From NCBI RefSeq assembly GCF_033026475.1, contig NC_090211.1, positions 3,977,726 through 4,041,725 on the forward strand: a stretch of DNA of 64,000 nucleotides, in the 5' to 3' direction. The translations under genes and the position numbers were made by a program. The notes beneath the pieces are model-generated. The model was not told the origin of the DNA. It ran no database searches and saw only the letters and a list, made by a program, of their open reading frames with translations. The DNA is from Channa argus. Lineage: Eukaryota. Of this stretch, positions 11,922-24,183 are shown piece after piece (the first letter of the stretch is position 1; every line of letters begins with the position of its first letter).

Positions 11922-12979
11922 GGTCCACCAGGTCCAGTCTGGGTTTTTCTGGTCCTGAGCAGCAACCCAATGATCCAGAGCCGAGACCTCGCTCAGAGGA
12001 GCCAGACTCCACCTTGAACCAGCCCAGACAGTTACCGGACAACTCAGCCAAACCAAGGCATGAGCAGGTGGTGCCTGTGCAGTTACTGTCAGTCCAGAGT
12101 GAGACTCCCCCAGGGCCAGTTCACCTGCAGGGTGAAATCAAGCCCACTGAGTCCTGGGAACCCATGCTGAAGCCAGATCCTCAGCAGGAGGCAGCAGAGA
12201 AAGCTTCACCTCTTCCTTCTCACTCCTCCATAAATCCTCCTTCTGTCTCGTGCCCCAAAGTCCATGTCGTTGTTCCTGCAATCAGAGAGGAACCTCGACC
12301 CCCGGCTCTGATCAAAGCTGAACCTGAGGAATACAAAGTGACTGAACTAGAAGGTCACGCAGACTTTCTGACAGCGCCACAACACACTCATGTTGCAGTG
12401 GAGGAGTCGAGCTTCAGAAAGAGAACAGACGCAGATGGAACAGTGGTGGTGCGTGCAGAACGACATGAGGCTCATCAAAACAAGAAATCCCCTCAAGAGA
12501 AGCTGACAGCTACAGCTGATGATGCAATAGTGTCAGGTTATGTCCCTGAGCTTGTTCATCGTTGCCCCCGCTGCGGCGAGGCATTCGGCCAGGCGAGCAG
12601 CCTCCGCCTCCACCTGGAACAGAAAAGAAAGACCTACGCCTGTGAGTGGTGCTGCAAGTCCTTTGCACAGTCGGCCGACCTGCGGCGACACCTGCGCACG
12701 CACACGGGCGAGAGGCCGCACCGCTGCACCTTCTGCTCCAAGAGCTTCAGTCAGAGAGGAAACCTGAGGCGACACCTGCGCATCCACACAGGGGAACGGC
12801 CCTACAGCTGCCCCTACTGCTGCCGCACCTTCAGTGATGGAGACACCATGAAGAAACACAAACGCACACATTCCGGAGAGAAGCCGTATCGGTGCGTTCA
12901 GTGCTCCAAGTCCTTCACCAGTGCCAGCGGCCTGCAGATACATTTAAAGAAGGACATGTGCTTTGTGGCTAACACGTGA
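11922..12979 (+). CDS. C2H2 zinc-finger protein, exon 2 (linker plus 4 to 5 C2H2 fingers), ending TGA 12977-12979
   Basis: The acceptor tttttttccttacgtgttgttccag|gg has a strong polypyrimidine tract. The two leading bases complete a codon with the phase-1 base of exon 1 (aGG = R). The resulting frame is open through ORF 12014..12979. Fingers: [89 protein letters not shown] and [22 protein letters not shown]. The last finger lacks the second His. Total model is 416 aa. Confidence 0.75.
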
Positions 12980-14911
12980 ACGGTCAGTTAAAGAGAGAAT
13001 CTGGCTGCCGCAGAGTCGCCTCCGATTCACATCACTCAGTAGAAATGTTGAATAGAAGTGTGTGACTGGCCATTCAGACAGGGCAGCACTATTGCAAGCC
13101 AGTGGGCTAGAAATGTACACTTGTATATCTGTATATTTGTAGTTTCCTATGTGTATTATCATGCAAACCAACCATTGCATATAATGCCCCTGATGGCCAC
13201 TAGATGGGGGCTACAAGAAAACAAGCTGAAATTATGTCAGTACGTGTATAAGACCATCAAAGAACATGGTCAGCAAGGTTTTGTTAAATGTAACATTACT
13301 TCATGATAATACCTGTTAGAACAAAATCAGAAATATGTTTATTGCCAAGAAGGCAAATTACCATGATAAGGAATTTCACATGGTGAATAAGTGCAAAAAC
13401 GTTTTAAATTTGTTTTTACACATTAGATGAACTTAAAATTATGAAAAGACAACTTTGTGTGTTAACCTTCAGCAAGTACAGTACCTATAACAAATAATTC
13501 TGTCCACACTTTGTGAGACGTAATTATTTGGGGTCTGGAAATTTAAAAAGGATTAGGCATAAGATGCATGACACACTACATTTTCATAGCTCACTGGCTT
13601 GTGATACAGTGATTTAGCTGCATTTTTGTTTTGTTTTTTGGTTTTTGCACAGGATAAAGAAAACAAATTTATTTTTGAAGAATAGTTCTGCTTTTCAGGA
13701 GAAGCAGCACAGATCACCCATTGAACCTCCACAGTATTTGCAATCCATGAGTGATGATGGATCCAGAATAACATTTACAGTCCGGCTTGCTCATCTCTCT
13801 CCTCCTGCTGAGCACCTTTAAAGCACTTGTTTTTTTTCTTACTAAGACACGATTAAGCAACAACACTGTTGCACCAACATCACTCATGTCTTTCTATTTA
13901 TTTATTTATTCATTTATTTTTATGTCTTTCTTACATTTTACATTGACGTAAATGATTGGAGAAACAGAGCAGCTGAGTCATATCTCAGCCTGTTAAAGTC
14001 TGTAACGCAGTGGTATCAGAATGTTTGTTACCATGTCCCCACAAGTTTTTAAACCTAATAAAGGAGACTAAACTTGCCCACACATTGTTGAGGATATGAC
14101 TTAAGACTCCATTTGTTTCCTTTGGCTTTGGAACAAAAGAAAAAATCCAAGTGTCTCTGCTGCAGTTGGAAAGGTTTTTATAATTTAAAGGCATCATCAT
14201 CATCCAAAAAACTGATTCAGAAATGTGAACTTTGAAGAAACCCGGACCCCCACTCAATGTGCACATGCAGGACACAGACTTGTAGAGACAAACCCACGAT
14301 GATGAATTGAAGTCTTGACATGTAGTTTGGACAGTGTTGATTTCTGGCTCTTGATATTACAGAAGTTAATGCTGTTTTTACCATCATCATTAATAAATTC
14401 AGTTTCTGTTCAGCTCATCACAGGTTCAGGTGGATTATTAATGCAGATGCTTTAAATGACTTTATCACAGACGCTCTATGACAGGAGATCTCGTCAGGAC
14501 ATTTTTTTTGTATTGTCTCAGAAGCACCAGACCATCCTAAAATATCCCACAGAGTTGCCACCTTCAGACAATTTGTACATTTTAGGATGATGTGTTATTA
14601 ACAGGTCAGTGTTTGTACATACAGTATAGTACTTACATACCTGTAGAGCTGCAAAATCATTTCTTTGTGATTTATGGATTTATTTCATCCAAATTTATGA
14701 CAATAGTTTTCCCAGAAGCCCCAAAACTAAAAAAGATATACATAAGTATAAAACAATACAAATCTTCATATTTGAGAAGCTTTAAACAGCAGATGTTTGG
14801 ATTTGACATATGACCACATGACTTTCACATGTTCAGAACTTTAAAATTATGTGCTTGCATATAGATTTATGAGACAAGACTGAACACAGCACCTTTTATA
14901 TGAAATCACCT

Positions 14912-16532
14912 AAGTTCTAGGTAAGCAAAAGTATTTCTTTTAAAGTAAATAAAACTTAATATTTGGCTGCAAATCCCTTGTTTTCATTCACTAAATCAAG
15001 CCTGTGAGTCACTTGTTGGTTTCTTTCTTTTGGGGCTTTCTCCCTTTAATCTCTCAGGGGAAATTCATGTTCAAATTCATGTTAAAGTCTAGTGAATGAC
15101 TCAGTCGGTCTAAAACAATTGACTTGTTTCCCTCGGATGAAGTCCTAGTTTTATTGTCTTGCTGCACGATGAAGCTTCTCCACCTTAGTTTTGCATTTCT
15201 CTGTATCTTTTGAGACAATATTTCAGTACATCTGAATTCATTCTGCTGCTACAAACACGAGTCATATTATAAATAAAGATTATGTCCAGAAGCAGCCATG
15301 CAGCAAATATGACACCTACCTACACTGAGCTTCACAGATGAGTATGCATCCTCACCAGATCTTTTCCTCCTCCACACTTTGGTTGATCTTGGTTTTATCA
15401 GGTCAAAAAACTTTGTTCCAGAACTTTTGTGGCTAATCTCTGTACTTTTGTGCAACTTCCAATTTAACTTTTTGATACTTATCACTGATCAGGTGTTTGC
15501 ATTTTGATGTGTGGGCTCTGTATTTCTGCTCATGATATTATCTTCAAATGGCGGATTGTGAAACCTTCATCCCCGCTCCGTGGAGGATGTTCAAGCAAAG
15601 CTTCTGTCATCAGCTGCTGTTGTTTTCCATTTCTGTGTATGTAGCTCAGAACACCAATGGTTTCTTCCTTTTTTTTTTAAATTGTTGTCCTGGCTGTGCT
15701 CAGTGTGTTTTGTAACATCTTAGTTTTTCCTTCTTCTTTTAGATTCAAAATAGCTTATGTTCCTCCAATTCACAAGTACCGCATCTTTGTGTTTTATCCG
15801 ATTGTTTATCCTAAAACCCAAGGCCAAATAAAGAGTGTGCTTTTAGAACTATTAATTATTAGACAGTCAGTGTCAGTGGACACAGCTATGCAACAAGGAC
15901 AACCTCAGTCACATGTTCCAGTGCTTTTGGTCTCTTAAAATACAAAAGGTAATCAACCTGGATGTAAATACAGTTATTTAAAACTGAAATAGTTGGTAAA
16001 TGTCACTGTACAGCAAACACAGATGAAGTGGCCTGACTATTTAATTTCCCTTTGAAGGCACTGTATTTGTTGTAGCTAACAAATAGTCTTGACTGGTTTA
16101 GAAAATGCAAAAACAACTGAATGTAGTCCTCTCAAGAGGTGAGGTAATGTTGGCTTAGTGTTTTGACAGCTGGAATTACAATACCTTTCCCTTTAACACA
16201 ATCATTGTCAGAAACTGTTGTAGAAGTGTAGGAACATTTCTGTGAGCATCACAAACAACCTGAAGTGAGTCCTTGTGTTATCAGAATTTAATCTTTGATG
16301 GTCTAATAAAGATGTGAAATTCTGGAAAAAAAGGAAGCCTGAAAACTTCTTTTCAGGATAAGGGATTCATTAAACCTGGTCTCTCCTGAGTCAGGATTTG
16401 GATAATGTACATGCAGTACACTATGTGCAAACAGAATTATAAGTATTTCAGTGACAGCAGAGTGGTGGTGTGAAAGTATGAAATGTACTTACACCAAAAG
16501 ATACATCATAATCCAAATAAGTGTATTCAGCG
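14912..16532. repeat. Duplicated segment, copy 1 (about 1.62 kb), containing a Tc1-like transposase remnant
   Basis: Near-identical to 18896-20344. For example, the block aagttctaggtaagcaaaagtatttcttttaaagtaaataaaacttaatatttggctgcaaatcccttg...gtgtattcagc occurs in both. Copy 1 has about 225 extra bp at 15790-16010 and lacks a 36-bp insertion present in copy 2. Confidence 0.85.
15267..15485 (-). pseudogene. Tc1-like transposase remnant inside duplicated segment (copy 1)
   Basis: The ORF ...STKVWRRKRSGEDAYSSVKLSVGRCHICCMAASG... aligns with the Tc1 block [35 protein letters not shown]. It is heavily degraded. Confidence 0.5.
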
Positions 16533-17067
16533 TTTGACTAAAACTGAAACTAGCACAAGATAACCTTTGATTACACGAGAACTGTTAAGTTAAATGACTA
16601 AATAAGGCAAAGAGCATATATGTGCGTTCTGGCTGCTGCATGTGTACAGATTTTACAGTAAGCAGGCTACTATAGTGCAAGGATTTCCTGTGTGACCTCA
16701 TTTCTTGAACACATGCAATTTGTGAAAAAGAGAGGTGAAGATCAGTTGAATATATAAAAAGCTGCAAACTGTTAGAGCAGGTTTAAATGCGTATCTCCTT
16801 TCTTAAATGGGCTGCAGCAATAATGAAGAGATGTTTTTGGTCACATCTCTCAGATCAGACAGTGCTAATTGTAAAAAACAAAAACAAAAAACTCAATAGT
16901 GAGTTGACAGAAATGTTGAGGTGCTGCTGAATCTTTGGTTTTCCCCAAACTAGACATACCATGGTGAAGTCACGCAGACTGACATTTCCTGCCCCGCTGA
17001 CAGGTGTGTCCGTGTGTGTGTGTGTGCGTGTTATCTGACACTGAGCAGAGACAGAGAAAGTGTGAAC

Positions 17068-17163
17068 ATGCTCAAGCTGTTGTCTTGTGGCTCTGCTCTG
17101 CTACCAAATGTGAACTTTGAAAACAAGAGAGAGAAAACTCAGGCTGCTGTTGCGATTATTGAC
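17068..17163 (+). other. Candidate orphan first coding exon (MLKLLSCGSALLPNVNFENKREKTQAAVAIID) ending in a consensus donor. It is of unknown affiliation and highly tentative
   Basis: An ATG opens 32 codons with a hydrophobic N-terminus, immediately followed by GAC|gtaagt (a perfect U1 donor consensus). I recognise no homology, and it sits in the unique spacer between the two duplicated segments. Confidence 0.15.
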
Positions 17164-18895
17164 GTAAGTAAAGGACGGTTAGGAGCCGAGCTGACGTTCT
17201 ACACATTTGTATGATCCCAATAAAACGGTGGGAGGAAAAAGTGCTGCAATACTATTAATAGAACAATACATTATTTATTTAGCTTTTTAAAAAATCTGTA
17301 CTTTAATTTAGAAATGTGTCGGCTCTCACCACTAGGAATATTTTCAGGCTGATTTGTAGAGTCTAGTGGGAAACTGTGCGAAACAGGAATAAGTGGTTCT
17401 CTGAACTGAAGCTGCACAAACCAAAGATTGTGTGGTTCATCTTTTCATTATCTTTACTTTGTATTAATGTGTTTTGGTTTGTTTTTTTTGCAAAAAAATA
17501 AAAATAAAAATAACAGCAATAGAATCCATTGATTTTACAAGTTAAATTCCGTCAAACTAAAAATACAAAAGAAAGGTGAAAATAACTTAAACTAATGCCA
17601 AAGACTGTAACATAAGGGTTGCTGTGCAAAATACCCTGGAATCCAGAGACTGTTGAGTCTGGATACTTTCAGTTATGACCCGTATATGATGTGGTCCGGG
17701 TTAAATATCATATCTGGAGAATAACTTGGACATAACTCTCTGGATTGGGACGACTTTGATATTAAGAAAATCTGGAGTTAAAATATTCCTTTTACTTGGC
17801 TCGTGGTATTTTGAATCCCACACACGGCATTTGTGTTGTCAAAATATTTCAAAACGTCTGACCTCATCTCTGTCAGTATCTGTGTGGTGTGACACGATCC
17901 ATTTCTGAGGAAGGATACTTGATATCAATAGCAATCACATGTCCGTGATTAAAGGATAACTTTTAGGCTGATGACTCATATTGTGAAACTATCAGATGTT
18001 CAGATTCAGACCACTTTGAACTACATGAACATTCACTAAAGACAATAAACAATATTTACTCTTTAACAGATTATTAAATACCCCTAACAGATGCTTCAAC
18101 ACTGCAGATCTTTTATTTTATCTTCTGCATCAGTACTTTTTCTAACAAACTGTTTCTTTGCTTCATGTATATTGTCCTGAAGTGATGATATGATGATCTG
18201 AGGCCAAAATCCGACAAAGTGGGATTAGTTACACTTACATTTGTTATTGTATATGATGATCAACTATTTGGACTGAGGGTTGAATAAAAGACACTGATGA
18301 GACAAAGGATCTAATTTACAATTTTCTAACATTTGATGGATAAACAGTTCAAAAAAAATAAAGTTGTAATGAATTGTTGCTGCCATTTCTGTCTAAAGAT
18401 GGAAACAATTAAGGCATTAAGCACTAATTCATTTATTACGAATTAGTGCAACGAATTCTATATTGCAATGACATGAACACAAAGTTTTATCCTGTGTAAG
18501 TGAATAGTGTGACAGTTTTATGAGCAGAACTAAAATAAAAGTTAATCAAAGGATATCTGATCATGATGACATCCGGTTCTAGGAAGTGGATGTTATCAGA
18601 AGTGACTGATGAGATGTCAAACGGAGTGGAGTGGGTCAAGTAAGTTCACTCAGTAATCTGACAAAATAACTAATGTGTAGGAACATGAACTTTGACATCT
18701 GGAATCAGATTTTTATTTAGTTTAAGATTTTTATTTCAAATTTTATTACAGTGAATTCAGAAAGTTTTTGGAACCTATTGTCTTTTGGTCAATTTTGTTA
18801 TGTTGCTGATAGTACAGTTGTTTGCATTATTTTTTCATTATTTCATTTTTCAACACTCAGTACCCCATAATGTAAAAGTAAAACCATCATTTTAT

Positions 18896-20344
18896 AAGTT
18901 CTAGGTAAGCAAAAGTATTTCTTTTAAAGTAAATAAAACTTAATATTTGGCTGCAAATCCCTTGTTTTCATTCACTAAATCAAGCCTGTGAGTCACTTGT
19001 TGGTTTCTTTCTTTTGGGGCTTTCTCCCTTTAATCTCTCAGGGGAAATTCATGTTCAAATTCATGTTAAAGTCTAGTGAATGACTCAGTCGGTCTAAAAC
19101 AATTGACTTGTTTCCCTCGGATGAAGTCCTAGTTTTATTGTCTTGCTGCACGATGAAGCTTCTCCACCTTAGTTTTGCATTTCTCTGTATCTTTTGAGAC
19201 AATATTTCAGTACATCTGAATTCATTCTGCTGCTACAAACACGAGTCATATTATAAATAAAGATTATGTCCAGAAGCAGCCATGCAGCAAATATGACACC
19301 TACCTACACTGAGCTTCACAGATGAATATGCATCCTCACCAGATCTTTTCCTCCTCCACACTTTGGTTGATCTTGGTTTTATCAGGTCATAAAACTTTGT
19401 TCCAGAACTTTTGTGGCCAATCTCTGTACTTTTGTGCAAAAATTGACTCTTTGATACTTATTGCTGATCAGGTGTTTGCATTTTGATGTGTGGGCTCTGT
19501 ATTTCTGCTCATGATATTATCTTCAAATGGCGGATTGTGAAACCTTCATCCCCGCTCCGTGGAGGATGTTCAAGCAAAGCTTCTGTCATCAGCTGCTGTT
19601 GTTTTCCATTTCTGTGTATGTAGCTCAGAACACCAATGGTTTCTTCCTTTTTTTTTTTGAATTGTTGTCCTGGCTGTGCTCAGTGTGTTTTGTAACATCT
19701 TAGTTTTTCCTTCTTCTTTTAGATTCAAAATAGCTTATGTTCCTCCAATTCACAAGTACCGCATCTTTGTGTTTTATCCGATTGTCTATCCTACAGCAAA
19801 CACAGATGAAGTGGCCTGACTATTTGAATTCCCTTTGAAGGCACTGTATTTGTTGTAGCTAACAAATAGTCTTGACTGGTTTAGAAAATGCATGACCTGC
19901 TGCAGTTGCACTGAAAATGTGCAAAAAACAACTGAATGTAGTCCTCTCAAGAGGTGAGGTAACGTTGGCTTAGTGTTTTGACAGCTGGAATTACAATACC
20001 TTTCCCTTTAACACAATCATCATCAGAAACTGTTGTAGAAGTGTAGGAACATTTCTGTGAGCATCACAAACAACCTGAAGTGAATCCTTGTGTTATCAGA
20101 ATTTAATCTTGATGGTCTAATAAAGATGTGAAATACTGAAAAAAAGGAAGCCTGAAAACTTCTTTTCAGGATAAGGGATTCATTAAACCTGGTCTCTCCT
20201 GAGTCAGGATTTGGATAATGTACATGCAGTACACTATGTTCAAACAGAATTATAAGTATTTCAGTGACAGCAGAGTGGTGGTGTGAAAGTATGAAATGTA
20301 CTTACACCAAAAGATACATCATATTCCAAATAAGTGTATTCAGC
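18896..20344. repeat. Duplicated segment, copy 2 (about 1.45 kb), bracketed by a ~48-bp direct repeat
   Basis: See copy 1. The motif cactcagtaccccataatgtaaaagtRaaaccatMattttataaRtt lies immediately left (18848-18895) and right (20345-20392) of copy 2. A Tc1 TIR-like stretch (aattcagaaagtttttggaacc...cttttggtcaattttgttatgttgc) sits at 18760-18830. Confidence 0.85.
19251..19439 (-). pseudogene. Tc1-like transposase remnant inside duplicated segment (copy 2)
   Basis: The ORF MHKSTEIGHKSSGTKFYDLIKPRSTKVWRRKRSGEDAYSSVKLSVGRCHICCMAASGHNLYL is the same degraded Tc1 block as at 15267-15485. Confidence 0.5.
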
Positions 20345-20540
20345 ACTCAGTACCCCATAATGTAAAAGTGAAACCATAATTTTATAAATTTCTGCAACTA
20401 TTTCTGCAGGTACTTTTAGTACTACTTCACTGCAATTATATTTTCTGATTGTAACCACATGTCTATGTAAAAGTAGCCTAAAGCTGTTGATGTTTAGGTC
20501 AGGTTGGATGCTGTGGATTAGGATCTCATAAGACTTTAAA

Positions 20541-20592
20541 CATTTAATAATAATAATAATTATAATAATAATTAATAATTATAATAATAATT
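20541..20592. repeat. (TAA)n/(TAATTA)n compound simple repeat
   Basis: Direct reading: taataataataattataataataattaataattataataataatt. Confidence 0.8.
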
Positions 20593-22263
20593 TTCAGTTG
20601 AGATGTTAAACAACATCTGATAAACAAAAATCACAACCTGTTGTTGTGAAGGTGCAGTTGTACTTTTGTTGCCAGTCACTAGGGGGCAGTATTCAACTAC
20701 ACTAAGGAGACCTGCAACATGAACACAACCCAAACTCTTGCCTCTTCGTTGCATTCCAAATTTATTGTTGCATTTTACATAAAACACCTGTTAGAAATGT
20801 AAGAACACCTGTAAAGCACAAAGATCCGTGTAAACAGCAGTTCAACAATACTGTATAGAAAGCCACATTCATACAGTCATTCGTGCAAAAGAGATGAACA
20901 ATAACACTGTAAACAGAGGCTTTTTTAACAGGAGCTGTACCTGAATATTTCATCATGTGTCACTTTAACATTTTAAGTTAGAAAACAGGCAGGGGGAGTA
21001 TAGAGATATAAAGAAGTATATCAACATATTGCATCATGCAACAACAAGGAAGAACAACTTTTATTGATATAACATCATCATCGTCATCATTCTCATCTTC
21101 ATCAGTCATGGCAGAAATAGGAGTTGATGTTTTCACAGTCTCTTTGAGGAGTGCAGTAGAAATGTTATCTATGTGTTATGGTGAATGACATGATCACAGA
21201 AATTCCCATAATATTAGGATTTCACCAATAAAACTGTTTAAAACAAAGAATGGAAGCTGTTGAAGGGTTATGGTATTTTACATAGGTTGATAGATATCTT
21301 TTCTCTAATCGTAGCCTAGCAACCGTAACCCATCACAGCAGGTGTATCGGTGTTTATTGTTGATGTAGACACAGTGTGAATTCGGCTGTAAGGAAGAGTT
21401 ACGCTCCATCTATTGTGTGTAAACTATTAGTTGGATTGATCCTCCCACCCACCACCTGACTACGAAACCCTGCTGCATCCAAATTTCCATAAAAAGATAA
21501 CTTTGGTCATTTTCTAAATTGAATGTATTTTCAACAATCACCTTCTTCACGAGATTTTTCGTCAGTCCTGTAGACATGCAAGAGCAATTAAAAGCACAAC
21601 GGCCTGACACATCGCTCCACTGAGTGACATGTTTCTTCATATTGACAGCTTCCTGCCAATGGTGGCAGTCTGCCTTGTTAGTCTGCAACAAGGTTCTGCT
21701 GAATTCGGTTAAACATTTTGTTATTCAGGAAAGTGAGGACAATACACTGTAAACATAACTAATAAAGTCTCAAAGCAAGAATTAGGCAAAAAAGACTCTC
21801 CAGGGCAGACGGGACATGGAAATTAGCTCATGAGACACCTTGGTGCAAATATCATTTGTAGCTACCGTAACTGATCAAATCCAGCTGGGCAGTACTTTGC
21901 CTGATTAATCATATTTTTTTTACTTCCTTGATACCGAAACACATTCTATCCCCTGTGTTGGTCATGGATCCTGCTGCACGTTTAGGCTTTAAAATGAGTC
22001 AGATACAGACGAGTGACAGACTAAACTGTGATCGGCTAAAAATCAGAAGTTACTTTTGTCTATTTCTGTGGGAAATCGATGACTCACTGCTTCAGTGGTT
22101 AATCTGCCACTGTTATTGTGAACTGTGTATGTGAATAAAGAAAAGAAAGTTGGAGCAAAAGTATGGATGCAGCTGTTACTCAAAGTTCAGTTACCAAGCT
22201 TACAGCATATTCTTGTCGATATGAAGTAGCTGATTTAAATCAGTGAACACGAAACTACTACTG

Positions 22264-22285
22264 ACACACACACACACACACGCAC
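22264..22285. repeat. (AC)n microsatellite, short
   Basis: Direct reading: acacacacacacacacacgcac. Confidence 0.8.
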
Positions 22286-24046
22286 TGATGAAGTTCTCTG
22301 ACTATTAGCACCTTTGAACAAAAGTGACTCACCACTTCTTCAAAAAGGGGAAATGTCTCACTTTTTTCCTACAAAAAACAACAGCAGGAATAAACGGGTG
22401 CAACTTTTTTCAGGCTGCTTTTGTGTAGCTGAAATCCTCCAGCCAATCGGAGCCAGACAGAAATATCTGACGTGTCGCAAAGTCAAGTGTAATGTGTTTG
22501 GAGGATGGACATGAGTGGGGGGAGACCAAAATAGAGTTGAAATAGAGTAAATATTGGACTTACATTCATCAAATCAACACAAACACCACTTTAAAACAGA
22601 TGCTTTGCGTCCATTACAACTTTACAAGGCAACATCAGCGCTGTGGTTTGTTCTGCAGTTCTCGTCTTTAAAATCACAGCATCTAAACAGGTGGTCTGGT
22701 GCTTGGATGGGACCATTTTCCTATGGGGGATGCTTATTGTTTTGTTGTTGTTCTTGTTCATTCAGTGAGTCAATGTGCAACACAAGACGTGACCATGCTT
22801 ATACATCAGTTGGAATAGAAATTGTTTTTTTTTTATGTTTTTTTACATTCTGAATGATTACACTCACACATAAACCTTGTACAACATGCTCTGGTAGAAC
22901 TGCACATCATTATGTTCATGACATTAAAGCCATTTTTGAACTGAACTGGTTAAAATGAAACATCAGTGTCAGCTAATGGGGCTTTTGCTGTGACTCAGCT
23001 CGTTGTCCGGCTGTTGGTCGGTGTCACCGGCAGCACAGATAATGGTGATGTTACTGCAAATACTGAAACTATTTAATTGGTAACCCCCGTTTGTGCTTCC
23101 AATATATTCTCATTACCTTAACATGACAGAGCTACAGTATGTATCAGATTTTCTGAAAGTTACCTACAATGTTTAATACCTTTGTTTCCGAAGCCCTCAC
23201 AATTTCTTGTGAGGCAGAAATAACACGTCTCCTGGTGTTTTTATTTGTGTAGCAAAAGAAAATACTAACATGCCATTTTGTATGTCAAGATAAAATCATA
23301 AAAAGTAACTGCAAGATAAATCAAATGTATAATATCTGCACAGAGACATTATTTGAGTGGCAGCAACTGTGTCCTGCAACAACAATCCTTTTTCAGATTT
23401 TTTTTAAACAAACCATTATCATTTGGAATGCAGATCCATAGCTCTGTAGCCAAGTGTAATATTAATACATGAAGGGAACAAACTGGGGTTAGGATACATG
23501 CATCCAAGTTCTCTGCCTCTTAGAGAGAGGAAAAAAATGCCATTCTGGCTGGGAAGTGCACAGATGTGCGGGCACTGTAAAATTTCTATTTGTCTTCTAG
23601 AGAGAGCACAGGACATTTGATTTATGAAACAAACCTGTAGAAACTAAAGCATGCAAATAAAGTTTAGCCGGATGTCTACAGCTGTGGTTTCTGTTTCATT
23701 TGTGTGTGTTCCATCCCCTCATAGGTCAACTGAAGCCATCTACACCTGTTATGTGCTGTTTGTATGTTGTATGCTGAGCTGTATGTTGAGTGCAGCTGAG
23801 ATCTTAACAGTGTTGATGGAGCCGACAAGCTTTTTCTTCTTTATGACTCACTGATCAGTAATGAAGGCACACCACCATGCTGCTCCAGCTTCCCTCGGCT
23901 CTCCAACCTCCATGGTGGCTCTTGATAAAACACATCTTTCCTCTCAATTACTGCTGATTCGTCCCATAAAGAAATCAGAGGATCTCTGTGAAGCATGTGA
24001 TCACTGACAGTGACTGTCTGCATGTGTGGAAAGACGCCGTGCAGAG

Positions 24047-24183
24047 TTAGTCGTGGCTAAGGCTTCGCGGCAGCTCATTGGTCAGGATGTGCCACCGCTC
24101 CACCCTCTGACCCTTGTTCTTCAGGCAGTCCATCCAGTGACGGAGAGCGTCACCTTGGGAGTTACAACTCAGACAGACACCGC
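24047..24183 (-). CDS. doc2a: DOC2-family protein, terminal coding exon ((G)VCLSCNSQGDALRHWMDCLKNKGQRVERWHILTNELPRSLSHD*), stop TAA at 24047-24049
   Basis: Minus strand cttggtgtttag|GCGGTGTCTGTCTGAG...AGCCACGACTAA. The two leading bases complete GGC with the previous phase-1 G. It matches DOC2 GG..LG....GE.L.HW.DCL.N.D...ERWH.LTSELP....SD-stop. Confidence 0.8.

Noticed and set aside
12014-12016. ORF-track start (TTG) of the 321-aa zinc-finger ORF
   Set aside because: It is not an initiation codon. The frame stays open upstream to the splice acceptor at 11922, so this is internal to exon 2.
12533-12943. 136-aa ORF on the minus strand antisense to the zinc-finger exon
   Set aside because: GC-rich exons commonly give long antisense ORFs. 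Its translation is Ala/Gly/Val-rich and low-complexity, and it has no start context or splice sites.
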